64,000 nucleotides of DNA from Candidatus Niyogibacteria bacterium. GTDB taxonomy: Bacteria > Patescibacteriota > Minisyncoccia > HO2-45-28. Below, piece after piece: positions 8,941 to 17,674 of this stretch (the first letter of the stretch is position 1; the number at the start of each line of letters is the position of its first letter). The notes under the pieces are model-generated. The model saw only the letters and a list, made by a program, of their open reading frames with translations, was not told the DNA's origin and ran no database searches. The translations under genes were made by a program, and so were the position numbers. The stretch is from assembly GCA_016181935.1 (NCBI GenBank), contig JACOYI010000002.1, forward strand, positions 63,961 to 127,960, read 5' to 3'.

Positions 8941-9513
8941 GTGGACCGGCAAAAAGCCCAAGAGATCGTGGATGCGGCTATTCGGTTGCCGCTGTCGGAA
9001 CTTCTATATACGGCGGAGGAGATCGAGGAGGCGGTCCGAGCGAACACGACGGAAGTTTTCAATCGAATTCCGGAAATTGAAAATGCGCAAAAAGAATACA
9101 GGGAATCACTTCTTCGCGAGGCAACAATACAGCACAAAATAAAGAGGCTTTTGCTACGGGCAGGATTTCGCCCCTATAACGGCTGGACTCTAAATGGTCT
9201 GGAAGTGATGTGTACCAAGACCGCGAGCGTAGGCGAAGACCCCAGATACGACAAACCAAAACACATAGCAATCGTAAGGCCGAGGCGCTTTGTTACAAGA
9301 CCTCGGGATAAATGGATTGGATTGATTCATCTCTCCGAAAAATCGAATGAAATTCTTATAGAAATATTCGGGTCAAGAAATATTGCCGCGATCGCCGATA
9401 TATCAGAAAAAATCAGGCAGCAAATGAACCTTTCGGTTCGTTGTGATCTGGTGCTGAGAAAAGAGAAGGAGCTCGATGGAGATTGGATTGATGTTTGTAA
9501 AACAGGCCCCTAA
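8941..9513 (+). CDS. Hypothetical protein, paralog A (shares an N-terminal ~40 aa module with the 10706 gene)
   Basis: GTG start after an AGGAGA RBS. The N-terminus MDRQKAQEIVDAAIRLPLSELLYTAEEIEEAVRANTTEVF is about 85% identical at the DNA level to the start of 10706..11050. The remainder is low-GC. Confidence 0.5.
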   Translation: MDRQKAQEIVDAAIRLPLSELLYTAEEIEEAVRANTTEVFNRIPEIENAQKEYRESLLREATIQHKIKRLLLRAGFRPYNGWTLNGLEVMCTKTASVGEDPRYDKPKHIAIVRPRRFVTRPRDKWIGLIHLSEKSNEILIEIFGSRNIAAIADISEKIRQQMNLSVRCDLVLRKEKELDGDWIDVCKTGP

Positions 9514-9540
9514 AAACAAGGCTTAGCCTGCGGAGCGCAC

Positions 9541-9834
9541 ATGAAAAAAGCTCTAAAATGGGCGACGATTTTCTTTGTTGCGGCAACGTTTTCGATCTGG
9601 CTTGCCGGATTCGTTGATCCACAGATCAGCGATTTCTACTCGCGTCATATAACAAAATTCGGTTTCCTGTTTAAATTCGAACTCTACGGCACGCGCCGTG
9701 ACGGCCGCGGGAAAGCAAAAGCGCAAAAATCACTACACCGCCGGAAGAACGATCGCCAGCATACGCCCTCTCACGATAGAGAGGGTATTTTTATTGGGCG
9801 ACACCGAAACATCGCACGCGCGCTTGACACATAG
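9541..9834 (+). CDS. Hypothetical small membrane protein
   Basis: 97 aa with one TM (WATIFFVAATFSIWLAGFV) between paralog A and pspA. Weak evidence. Confidence 0.25.
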   Translation: MKKALKWATIFFVAATFSIWLAGFVDPQISDFYSRHITKFGFLFKFELYGTRRDGRGKAKAQKSLHRRKNDRQHTPSHDREGIFIGRHRNIARALDT

Positions 9835-9975
9835 CGAGCCAATATGTTATTCAAGCGGTGTCCCTTAAAAACCATTCGGTCCAACCTTCCTAAAAGGAGT
9901 GCAGACGTGCTTACCACCATTCTGGTCATCGCCGGTCTCGCCCTATTCTTGGGCAGTACGTATCGGACCCGATTC

Positions 9976-10695
9976 ATGCGAGTCGTGCGTTCGCATATCG
10001 GCGCCTTGATACGCCGGGCGGAAAATCCGGAGAAAATGATCGAGCATGCGTTGACAGAGATGACCGGCGCCTATCACCAAGCGCGAGAGCAAACGGCGCT
10101 TGCGATCGCCGCACAGAAGAAGATGGCGCGCCAGCTCGAGGAAGAGCAAACCGAAACCCAGCGCTGGATGGAGCGGGCGCGTCTGGCTGTGAACAAAAAT
10201 GATGACGACCTGGCCCGCGAAGCGCTCCGGCGCAAGCAGGAACATGCGACCGTGGCCCTGCAAATCGAGAGCCAACTTGTGCATTACAGCGCCCACGTCG
10301 AAAGCTTGAAGAGCGCGCTGGACGATCTCGAGCGAAAGATCGAGGAAGCGAGGCGGCGGAAAAATCTTCTCGTCGCGAAACAACGGCGAGCCGAGGCGCA
10401 GGATCGGATCTACGCCACCATGAACGGCATCCAGAACGAAGGCGGCCTCGAGCTGATCGAACGGATGGAACAGAAGATCGATGAAATATGCGATGCCGCG
10501 GATGCGCGCATCGATCTGAAATCCGAAAAAGAAAAACTGGAGATCCGATTCCAGCAGCTCGAATCCGTGGATGTCGAAACGGAACTCTCCCTGCTCAAGA
10601 ACCGGCGCGCGATCGAGTACAAGCCGGTGGAATCGCCCGTTCCCGAGCTCGACATGATTCGGGAAAAGTCGCCGCTCGCGGTAAAGCCCGCCTAA
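9976..10695 (+). CDS. pspA: PspA/IM30 family protein
   Basis: Starts ...RRAENPEKMIEHALTEM, the canonical PspA N-terminus, and has a long coiled coil. The ORF could extend upstream to 9844 with an added TM segment, but the canonical start fits 9976. Confidence 0.75.
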   Translation: MRVVRSHIGALIRRAENPEKMIEHALTEMTGAYHQAREQTALAIAAQKKMARQLEEEQTETQRWMERARLAVNKNDDDLAREALRRKQEHATVALQIESQLVHYSAHVESLKSALDDLERKIEEARRRKNLLVAKQRRAEAQDRIYATMNGIQNEGGLELIERMEQKIDEICDAADARIDLKSEKEKLEIRFQQLESVDVETELSLLKNRRAIEYKPVESPVPELDMIREKSPLAVKPA

Positions 10696-10705
10696 GGAGA
10701 CCCTG

Positions 10706-11050
10706 ATGGACCTGCAAAAAGCCCAAGAGATTGTGGATGCGTGCGTCACGCTTCCGTTGTCGGAACTTCCGTATACGGCGGAGGAGATCGAGGCGGCGGT
10801 ACGAACAAACGCAACCAACAGTATCACCCGGAATACGCCGAAGAAAATAGGAGTTTTTGAATCCATGTTGGCACATATAATGCCAAAATTTCCGAAAATA
10901 TTTTTAGTCTGCGGTTTATTGGCCGGTTTCGGAGCTTTTTTGTCGCCAATCTCACCGCTCTTTTTTCTCGCGTTTGCTTTACCATACGTAGGGCTCATGG
11001 TGACAGTCATACTTCTTGGAATCTGTGAGGAAATGCTGCGCTGGTGGTAA
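10706..11050 (+). CDS. Hypothetical membrane protein, paralog B (shared N-terminal module)
   Basis: N-terminus MDLQKAQEIVDACVTLPLSELPYTAEEIEAAVRTN followed by 2-3 TM helices. It sits immediately after pspA and is a possible PspA membrane partner. Confidence 0.5.
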   Translation: MDLQKAQEIVDACVTLPLSELPYTAEEIEAAVRTNATNSITRNTPKKIGVFESMLAHIMPKFPKIFLVCGLLAGFGAFLSPISPLFFLAFALPYVGLMVTVILLGICEEMLRWW

Positions 11051-11123
11051 AACCAGGTATGAAATAATGCGATCATTCTTAACATAAAAACTGCGCAATG
11101 CCTATTGCGTGGTTTTTTAATTG

Positions 11124-11168
11124 TTCGGCCTCGAGGACGCCGCGCGGTTGAGGAATGTGCTGGGGACG
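11124..11168 (+). pseudogene. Orphan duplicated fragment of the uvrB 3' end
   Basis: Translates to EDAARLRNVLGTL*, compared with uvrB C-terminus EDAARLRDVLGTL*. It is about 85% identical to 8808-8852 and has no upstream ORF. Confidence 0.55.
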
Positions 11169-11184
11169 CTGTAAAAAAAGAAAA

Positions 11185-11219
11185 ACCGCCAAGCCGTTTT
11201 TTATTTTTGGCTTGGCGGT
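11185..11219. terminator. Stem-loop terminator after the orphan uvrB tail
   Basis: ACCGCCAAGCC-(T-rich loop)-GGCTTGGCGGT with an upstream A-tract. This is probably the ancestral uvrB terminator. The U-tract geometry fits minus-strand or bidirectional use. Confidence 0.45.
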
Positions 11220-11440
11220 ACTGTTGTGTCGCCCGCTTTGTTCTTTCCGGAGCTGTGGCGCGCCGCGTGCCCGGAAATATCCCTGTCGCTCATTCCCTAG
11301 ACCGGGAAACGTCTTTGGGAATGCCGGCTGTCTCGCCTTCCGCCAGGTTCCGCCGGAACGAACTCTGACAAGGGCAGTATAGCGCGTATCTGTAAACCCA
11401 AGGGCTTCGGTGATGACCCCAAAAGCGCCTTCAAAAGGCC

Positions 11441-11469
11441 TTGTGTTTAAATAAAAACTACCCTATAGT
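11441..11469 (+). promoter_or_regulatory. Sigma70-like promoter for rpsT (near-leaderless)
   Basis: TTGTGT, a 17 nt spacer, then TATAGT, ending about 9 nt before the rpsT ATG. Confidence 0.4.
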
Positions 11470-11478
11470 ACTGGAAAC

Positions 11479-11733
11479 ATGCCGATTACCACTTCAGCCA
11501 AAAAAGCCCTGCGACAGGCGGAGCGCCGCCGCGTCCGAAACCTTAAACGCAAGGATGCGATCGTTTCCGTTGTCCGCAAAATCAAAAAGTTCGTGATAGC
11601 CGGCAAAAAAGAGGAGGCACGCTCACTCCTCCCGCAGGCCTACAAAGCCCTCGACAAGGCGGCCCAGCGCAATGTCATCCACAAAAACGCCGCGGCCCGC
11701 AAAAAATCCCGCCTGACCCAGTTCGTCGGTTGA
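11479..11733 (+). CDS. rpsT: 30S ribosomal protein S20
   Basis: 84 aa basic protein MPITTSAKKALRQAERRRVRNLKRK..., typical bS20. Confidence 0.85.
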   Translation: MPITTSAKKALRQAERRRVRNLKRKDAIVSVVRKIKKFVIAGKKEEARSLLPQAYKALDKAAQRNVIHKNAAARKKSRLTQFVG

Positions 11734-11807
11734 CCCCATTGCTACCTTGACAAATACACCATCCGGTGTATTTTTATTTTGTCAGTGAACCTTGAAAAGG
11801 AGATGCC

Positions 11808-12083
11808 ATGAAATACGCGAACAGAAACCTGACCGCGGATTTCTCGGTCGCGACCGAAAATCCCCGCGTTCGAGAACACGCGGAAAAAATCACCCGCAGT
11901 TTTTTTGATCTGCTTGAGACCATCACGATGCCGCTCAACGGCACCATCGAGATCCTTCTTCTGGAAACGCTTCGTGAAAATCTCACATCAGCGGCCCTCG
12001 AGATGAATTCCATCGTCGAGAAAGAAATGGTCCGAATCGCAAAAGAATCGGCTGAACACGTTCCACCGCCGACGCTCAACTAG
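11808..12083 (+). CDS. Hypothetical small protein
   Basis: 91 aa with a good RBS (AAAGGAGATGCC ATG). No recognizable domain. Confidence 0.4.
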   Translation: MKYANRNLTADFSVATENPRVREHAEKITRSFFDLLETITMPLNGTIEILLLETLRENLTSAALEMNSIVEKEMVRIAKESAEHVPPPTLN

Positions 12084-12108
12084 CGCCCCCTTATGCAAGG
12101 GGGTGTTT

Positions 12109-12987
12109 TTACTGGCGGCCGAGCAAAATTTTTTCAAGGTGGAGCGATAGATCGCTGCCGCTCTCGGCGCGCGCGTCGCGCCATGCGGCGAACAGCGAAT
12201 CGAACAGGAGCTCGACTTTGTCCGCACCGAGAAGCGTTACGCCGCGAAGCGCTTTTCCGATAACAAACGGGTGCAAACCCGTTTTTTCTTTTATTTCGGC
12301 GGGTGATGCGCCGTTGAACGATGCAACCTGAACCAATGTTTTTGCCTGCCACCAGAGTTTCCAAAATAATTCCTGTGCCGAAACTCCGGCGGCCAAATGC
12401 CGGTGATAGACCGCGTATGCGCGCCGCAGATCCCCACTCGAAAGCGCATCCGCCAGTTCGAACGGACTCAGCTCGGCGTCCTTATCCGCAATCGAACCGC
12501 CGAGAGAGCGCGTCTCGAGCGCGCTATCGATCGCCCACGGGTCCCCCAATACCGCGAGCCCCTCGATCTCATTCGCGGAGAGCGCAAGATTCCGTGTAAG
12601 CGCCTCTTTTGCGATCCACCGCTGGAGCGCCGCGCCATCTTCCGGCAATTCAAATTTCCGGAGCGTTGCCGTCTTTTCAAATTTCCTCACCGTCGCCACA
12701 TCCAATTTTTTCTCAAAAAGAATATAAAGATTTTTGGATTCAGCGAGCGTCTCGCGATAGGTAAGAACAGTTTTTTCGAAATCGCCGCCCAGTAATCCGT
12801 CCAAAACGACAACGAGTTTTGTGCCGAACAGGTCGCGCTCGGACGCCAATAAATTCGCGAGCGTTTCTTCGGTCGCGCTGTCCGGCGTCAGGCGGTGCAG
12901 AGCGGCGCCCTCCTTTTTGGCCGCGACAATGGCGCGGAGGTTCCTCCGCGACAGGAAATCGTTCTCGCCATAGAGCACATACAGCAT
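12109..12987 (-). CDS. holA: DNA polymerase III delta subunit
   Basis: Starts MLYVLYGENDFLS..., the canonical HolA N-terminus. The start was chosen at the internal Met, 2 nt after the upstream gene's stop. Confidence 0.7.
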   Translation of the reverse strand: MLYVLYGENDFLSRRNLRAIVAAKKEGAALHRLTPDSATEETLANLLASERDLFGTKLVVVLDGLLGGDFEKTVLTYRETLAESKNLYILFEKKLDVATVRKFEKTATLRKFELPEDGAALQRWIAKEALTRNLALSANEIEGLAVLGDPWAIDSALETRSLGGSIADKDAELSPFELADALSSGDLRRAYAVYHRHLAAGVSAQELFWKLWWQAKTLVQVASFNGASPAEIKEKTGLHPFVIGKALRGVTLLGADKVELLFDSLFAAWRDARAESGSDLSLHLEKILLGRQ

Positions 12988-12989
12988 AC

Positions 12990-13553
12990 TTAAAAATTCT
13001 CCGTCAGATTTTTTAATGTTTCTGTGTGACCGTCCCGGTCTAAAATTTCCCATGCGCGAATATAGTGCGGATCACGAACTCTTTTCCTTACCTTTTCTAA
13101 CCGCTCCTTATCAAATAATTTTTCCAAAACGGCAACCTGAACAGCATAAACTGGAATATGGGCTTTGGTCATTTGTGGCTCTCCTCGATATCGCGCCATA
13201 AATTTCATCCATCCTTCTTTGATTTGACCCCAATTCTCGGTAAAAATTCGGTGAATCAATTCATGCGTGAGCGTATCAATGTCGCTTTTCAATGTAAGCG
13301 TGACCGGATCAGAAAAGTTAACGCTTCCGGCGATGATATAACAAACAATTTCTTTTTCCTGCCATTGCAGTTTCGTTGCTTCCGCAATTTCCTGAAGAAT
13401 TTCTTCGCCATCCTTCGCCCATCCCCCCTCTATCTCCTGAATTTTTTCGGCGAAAATATCCTCTGGCGGCATTTCAAAACCCTCTTTTTTTATAAGAGCG
13501 CGGTCATAGAGCAGCGATCTTCGAAAAAACAACACGGGTAAATTTTTTTTCAT
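12990..13553 (-). CDS. Hypothetical protein with an HExxH motif
   Basis: 187 aa containing LTHELIHRIF, a putative zinc-metallopeptidase-like motif. It lies in an operon between polA and holA. Confidence 0.45.
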   Translation of the reverse strand: MKKNLPVLFFRRSLLYDRALIKKEGFEMPPEDIFAEKIQEIEGGWAKDGEEILQEIAEATKLQWQEKEIVCYIIAGSVNFSDPVTLTLKSDIDTLTHELIHRIFTENWGQIKEGWMKFMARYRGEPQMTKAHIPVYAVQVAVLEKLFDKERLEKVRKRVRDPHYIRAWEILDRDGHTETLKNLTENF

Positions 13554-13562
13554 ATCTACTTA

Positions 13563-15962
13563 TTAGACGATCTTTTTTAATTCCGCCCAGTTCGGGCCCG
13601 CGCTCACCTCCACCGCGAGCGGAATATCGTCTTTGTAAACGCCTTCCATTTCCTGCTTAATGAGCGTCGCCGCCTCTTTTACGGCAGAATCCTCGATCTC
13701 GAACAAGAGTTCGTCGTGGATCTGCAGAACCATCCGCACTTTTTTACCAAGCCCCGCTTTCGCGAGCGCCGGATGCAGTCGTACCATCGCTTTTTTTATC
13801 ATATCCGCCGCACTCCCCTGAATGGGCGCATTGATGGCCATGCGCAGATATTCGTGATGCATGTATTCGGGCATGGTCTGCAATTCCGGAAAATACCGCC
13901 GCCGCCCGAAAAGCGTGGTCGTATATCCGTTTTCGGCCGCCTCGCGCTTCACCTCCTCGATATATTCTTTCACGCGCCCAAAATCGTGGAAATATTTATC
14001 ATAGAATTCGCGCGCCTTTTCCTGCGTCACACCCAAGCTCTCGGCAAGCGCGCGTACGCCCATACCGTACAAAATCCCGAAATTGATGGTCTTGGCGGCA
14101 TAGCGCATATCCTTGGTAACGTTTTTGATATCGACATGGAACATCGCGGCGGCGGTTGCCGTATGAATATCGCGCCCCGCGAGAAACGCCTCTTTCAGAA
14201 TCGGATCATCCGACAAAATCGCGGCGATGCGCAATTCGATCTGCGAATAATCCGCGGCAACGAGTGTCCAACCAATAGGGGCGACAAATGCCTTGCGGAC
14301 CTCGCGACCGAGCTCGGTTCGGATGGGAATATTTTGCAGATTCGGATTCTCGGACGAAAAACGGCCGGTCACGGTCCCCGCCTGATTGAGCGTCGTGTGC
14401 ACCCGTCCTTCCGCATCCGCAAGCGCGGGAAGCGCATCGATATAGGTGGATTTCAGTTTTGCGAGCTCGCGGTATTGCAATATCAGCTCCACAATCGGAT
14501 GCGCGCTCTTCAGTTTTTCAAGCTCTGAGGCATTCGTCGAGAGCGCGCCCTTGCCGGTTTTGCGGATGCCTTTCGCGCTCAACTTCAATTGATTGAACAA
14601 AATATCGGACAATTGCTTGGGCGAATTGATGGTGAATTCCGTCCCTGCGAGTTCCCAGATCTTTTTCTCGAGCTCCGCGATTTTCTTTTCGTAGATTTTC
14701 GACATCCCTCCGAGATAGTCGCGATCGATCATCGTGCCGGCGCGGTGCATCTCATCCAAAATACCGATGAGCGGCAATTCGGTTTTTTCAAAAAATTCCA
14801 GCAGGCCTTCTTTTGCGAGTTCCGCGCGAAAATGCCCGAGCGCCGCCTCCGGTGTACTCGCCCCGGCGATGCGCATCGCTTCGTCCGGCGCGATGCCGAC
14901 GCGCCGCGAATCGAGGAGCCATGCCGCAACGGCAAGCTCCCGCGCAATTTTAGGATCATGCGCTTCCGAAGGCGCGAATAATTCCTGTGTTCCGCTTTCC
15001 GGCCTGCCCGCCGACCCGCGCTCCGCCGTAGGCTCTGGCGAGGCGAGAGCTCCAGCGAAGGAGGGCAAACGTGCGATCAAACTCGTGAATCCAAGCGCGC
15101 GAAAAAGCGGCTCGACAGCGCCGCGCTCGAATTGCTTCCACTCGGCGTCTTTTAGATCGAATTCGACGGGCGCGTCGCGGCGGATGGTGCTAAGTGTTTT
15201 GGAAAATAGTGCATCCTCCGATCTCTCGCGGAGCAATCCCGCCATCCGGTCTTTGATGCCCGCCGCCTTCAGTTTTTCCGGTTTTGTTTTCGCGAGCTTT
15301 ACAATATCCTCCACCGAACCGAATTTTTGAACGAGGATTTCCGCGGTTTTTTCGCCAATGCCCTTCACCCCCGGAATGTTGTCCGACGGGTCGCCGCGCA
15401 ACCCTTTGTAATCCGGCAATAATTCGGGGCCGAATCCGAACCGTTCGCGCACCGCTTTTTCATCATAAATAAAACTTTCGTTCCCCTTTTTGAGCGTCCA
15501 GACGCGCACGCGCGTCGAATCCACCAATTGCAATGCATCGAGGTCGCCCGATGCGATGATGATGGAAAGATTTTTCTCTTTTTTCAGCTTTTCAACGATG
15601 GTGCCGACGATGTCATCCGCCTCGAATCCGGCCTTTTCCAGCAACGGAATATGGAATGTTTCGACGATCTCGCGCGAACGCGCGAATTGTGAAATGAGCG
15701 CGGGTTCGGCCTCCGGCCGCTGGGCTTTGTATTTTTCGTAAGCCGCATGGCGGAACGTGGGCTCCGGAAGATCGTTCGCCGCGACCAAATAGTCGGGTTT
15801 GAATTCCTTCGCGATGCGAAGGATCGTCGTCGTCAATCCGTAGAGCGCGCCGGTCGGCTCGCCCGACGGCGACGTGAACGGCGGCAATGCGTGATACGCG
15901 CGATGTAGGATCGCGTGCAGATCGAGAATGACGAGCGTTTTGTTTTTAGATTTAGAACTCAT
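13563..15962 (-). CDS. polA: DNA polymerase I
   Basis: 799 aa with an N-terminal 5'-3' exonuclease/FEN domain and C-terminal family A polymerase motifs (…RRYAAKTINFGILYGMG…, QIHDELLFE). Confidence 0.95.
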   Translation of the reverse strand: MSSKSKNKTLVILDLHAILHRAYHALPPFTSPSGEPTGALYGLTTTILRIAKEFKPDYLVAANDLPEPTFRHAAYEKYKAQRPEAEPALISQFARSREIVETFHIPLLEKAGFEADDIVGTIVEKLKKEKNLSIIIASGDLDALQLVDSTRVRVWTLKKGNESFIYDEKAVRERFGFGPELLPDYKGLRGDPSDNIPGVKGIGEKTAEILVQKFGSVEDIVKLAKTKPEKLKAAGIKDRMAGLLRERSEDALFSKTLSTIRRDAPVEFDLKDAEWKQFERGAVEPLFRALGFTSLIARLPSFAGALASPEPTAERGSAGRPESGTQELFAPSEAHDPKIARELAVAAWLLDSRRVGIAPDEAMRIAGASTPEAALGHFRAELAKEGLLEFFEKTELPLIGILDEMHRAGTMIDRDYLGGMSKIYEKKIAELEKKIWELAGTEFTINSPKQLSDILFNQLKLSAKGIRKTGKGALSTNASELEKLKSAHPIVELILQYRELAKLKSTYIDALPALADAEGRVHTTLNQAGTVTGRFSSENPNLQNIPIRTELGREVRKAFVAPIGWTLVAADYSQIELRIAAILSDDPILKEAFLAGRDIHTATAAAMFHVDIKNVTKDMRYAAKTINFGILYGMGVRALAESLGVTQEKAREFYDKYFHDFGRVKEYIEEVKREAAENGYTTTLFGRRRYFPELQTMPEYMHHEYLRMAINAPIQGSAADMIKKAMVRLHPALAKAGLGKKVRMVLQIHDELLFEIEDSAVKEAATLIKQEMEGVYKDDIPLAVEVSAGPNWAELKKIV

Positions 15963-16078
15963 TTCAAAAATGTTATGAACCGAGCGCGTGCCGTTAAAAA
16001 GGGCTTTCGGAGCGCGACGGCGCGAGAACGAGCCGATTTTTCAGCAGAAGCGGCATGCGGGAGGGTAATTTTTGAAAT
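15955..16078. repeat. IR-flanked intergenic repeat element, copy 1 (core shared with 35088-35150)
   Basis: 17-bp terminal inverted repeats GAACTCATTTCAAAAAT / ATTTTTGAAATGAGTTC. The core TCGGAGCGCGACGGCGCGAGA…GATTTTTCAGCAGAA…CGGCATGCG recurs at 35088-35150. Confidence 0.5.
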
Positions 16079-16083
16079 GAGTT

Positions 16084-16581
16084 CTAGATACCTTCAACAT
16101 GAATCGTGATGTCGCGTTCCGTATCCGAAATAAATTCAAAATGAATATCAAAATGGACCTTGGGCAATAATTTTTCGATGTTTTTCGCCCACTCGACGAG
16201 AATAACTGCGTGGCGGTCCTCTACCCATTCGTTCCAGCCCACGGTTTCGATCTCGCGCGCTCCGCCGGCTGGCGGACCAAGACGATACGCGTCCACATGA
16301 ATGAGTTTGGTGTATCCGCCGCGCGTAAACGCATAATTGCGCGCGATAAGAAAGGTGGGGCTCTGAACCGCATCGCGGATACCGAGTCCTTTCGCGAATC
16401 CCTGCACGAATGTAGTCTTGCCGCCGCCCAAGTCCCCCGAGAGCGCGACAACGAGCGCGTGGTCATGAAAAGAAACAGCCGCGAGGTCCTTGGCGAGAAG
16501 TCCGGCGATCCGCTGGGTTTCGCCGGCGCTTTTCGTTCGGAAACGCACTTGCCTCGCGGACGGGCGGGTGCGGCTGTCCAT
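16084..16581 (-). CDS. tsaE: tRNA t6A biosynthesis ATPase TsaE (YjeE)
   Basis: P-loop LSGDLGGGKTTFVQG and TsaE size and architecture. Confidence 0.8.
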   Translation of the reverse strand: MDSRTRPSARQVRFRTKSAGETQRIAGLLAKDLAAVSFHDHALVVALSGDLGGGKTTFVQGFAKGLGIRDAVQSPTFLIARNYAFTRGGYTKLIHVDAYRLGPPAGGAREIETVGWNEWVEDRHAVILVEWAKNIEKLLPKVHFDIHFEFISDTERDITIHVEGI

Positions 16582-16659
16582 AGCGCCATTCTATCGAAAA
16601 ATCAAGCAAAATGAAAGCCCCGGAACGGTTTTACCCGTCCCGGGGTTTTGCTGAAACTA

Positions 16660-17535
16660 TCAGTGAGCGCCGACTCCGGACGCAGGGGCGCCTGCGCGCG
16701 GCACGCCTCCCATTGAGCGCATGTTGTGGTACATGGCCCGGTAAGCGGCCTGCCGGAATGCCGTGTCCGCGTTGTCGATGCACGACCCGCCCTTCGCGAT
16801 ATATCTGTCTTGGTACCAACATGCCCGCGAACCGCGATAGTACCGCTGTTCGCCGGTTCCGGTGGCCACCAGACGCCCGCTGCCGATGAGCTCGACATTC
16901 ACGCGAGCGACATACTCGTCCACATATCCCTTGTTGTTCGGGAGTTCGATCGAGCCGTTCCGAACGTTGGACAAGCAGACGATGGCGATAAGATCCGCCT
17001 TGGGGTCCAATGAGATGCGGGCGCCGTGGTAATCAAACCCCCGCGCGACCGTCATTTTGACGGCCTCTTCTGCGCGGTAGTCCGGCCAATCCGAGCGCAG
17101 ACAGCCGCGCGAATTGTAATCGAACACCACGGTTTTGCCTCCGAGTCCGAGCGTCTGGGCCGCCGAAACCACCCGTTTCTTGGCCGCTGGCGGCTCCGAA
17201 GCCACGCTGGGCCGCTCGAAGAACTTCGCGAGCTCATCGTACAGAACGATGGGCTCGTGCGCGTTTTCCGGCCGATACGGCCGATTTTCCTGCGGCCACG
17301 GCTCGCCGTTGACGCTGACGTTGACTTCCACATTGACCGGCGGGTTCTGCGGTGGCTGTGACGGCTGCTGCGGAGCGCAGCCCGCGAACAGCAGGATAGC
17401 GATCATTCCGAGAATCCCCAGAAGCCGGATCGCGATCAGTTGCGGCGCCGCCTTTTCGATGAGCTCGCAAAACTTCACAGAACCCAACTGCCTCAAAAGA
17501 CGTTGGTGCATTTCACACCTCCTTGATGTATTCAC
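16660..17535 (-). CDS. Hypothetical lipoprotein/secreted protein
   Basis: N-terminal TM or signal with a lipobox-like LLFAGC and a Pro/Gln-rich linker. The C-terminal domain is unknown. Confidence 0.45.
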   Translation of the reverse strand: MNTSRRCEMHQRLLRQLGSVKFCELIEKAAPQLIAIRLLGILGMIAILLFAGCAPQQPSQPPQNPPVNVEVNVSVNGEPWPQENRPYRPENAHEPIVLYDELAKFFERPSVASEPPAAKKRVVSAAQTLGLGGKTVVFDYNSRGCLRSDWPDYRAEEAVKMTVARGFDYHGARISLDPKADLIAIVCLSNVRNGSIELPNNKGYVDEYVARVNVELIGSGRLVATGTGEQRYYRGSRACWYQDRYIAKGGSCIDNADTAFRQAAYRAMYHNMRSMGGVPRAGAPASGVGAH

Positions 17536-17674
17536 TTCTCGCTTTCAGGGTTCAGAATCTGCGAGTATTATATATCAAAACGATGAAAAAGTCAAGCTAA
17601 GCACGGTCTGAAGATCTTGACAAATCCGACGATCTAAAGTAAAAAAGGCTATCGCTCATTAAAAATCGGAGGCA

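Noticed and set aside
9943-11085. 380-aa minus-strand ORF spanning the pspA region
   Set aside because: It lies antisense to pspA and paralog B, which have clear homology and RBS support, and its sequence is low-complexity.
11105-11368. 87-aa plus-strand ORF
   Set aside because: In a different frame the same DNA encodes the orphan uvrB C-terminal fragment followed by a terminator, so a real gene is unlikely.
13716-15330. Several 130-270-aa plus-strand ORFs inside polA
   Set aside because: They are antisense or out-of-frame within the well-supported DNA polymerase I gene.
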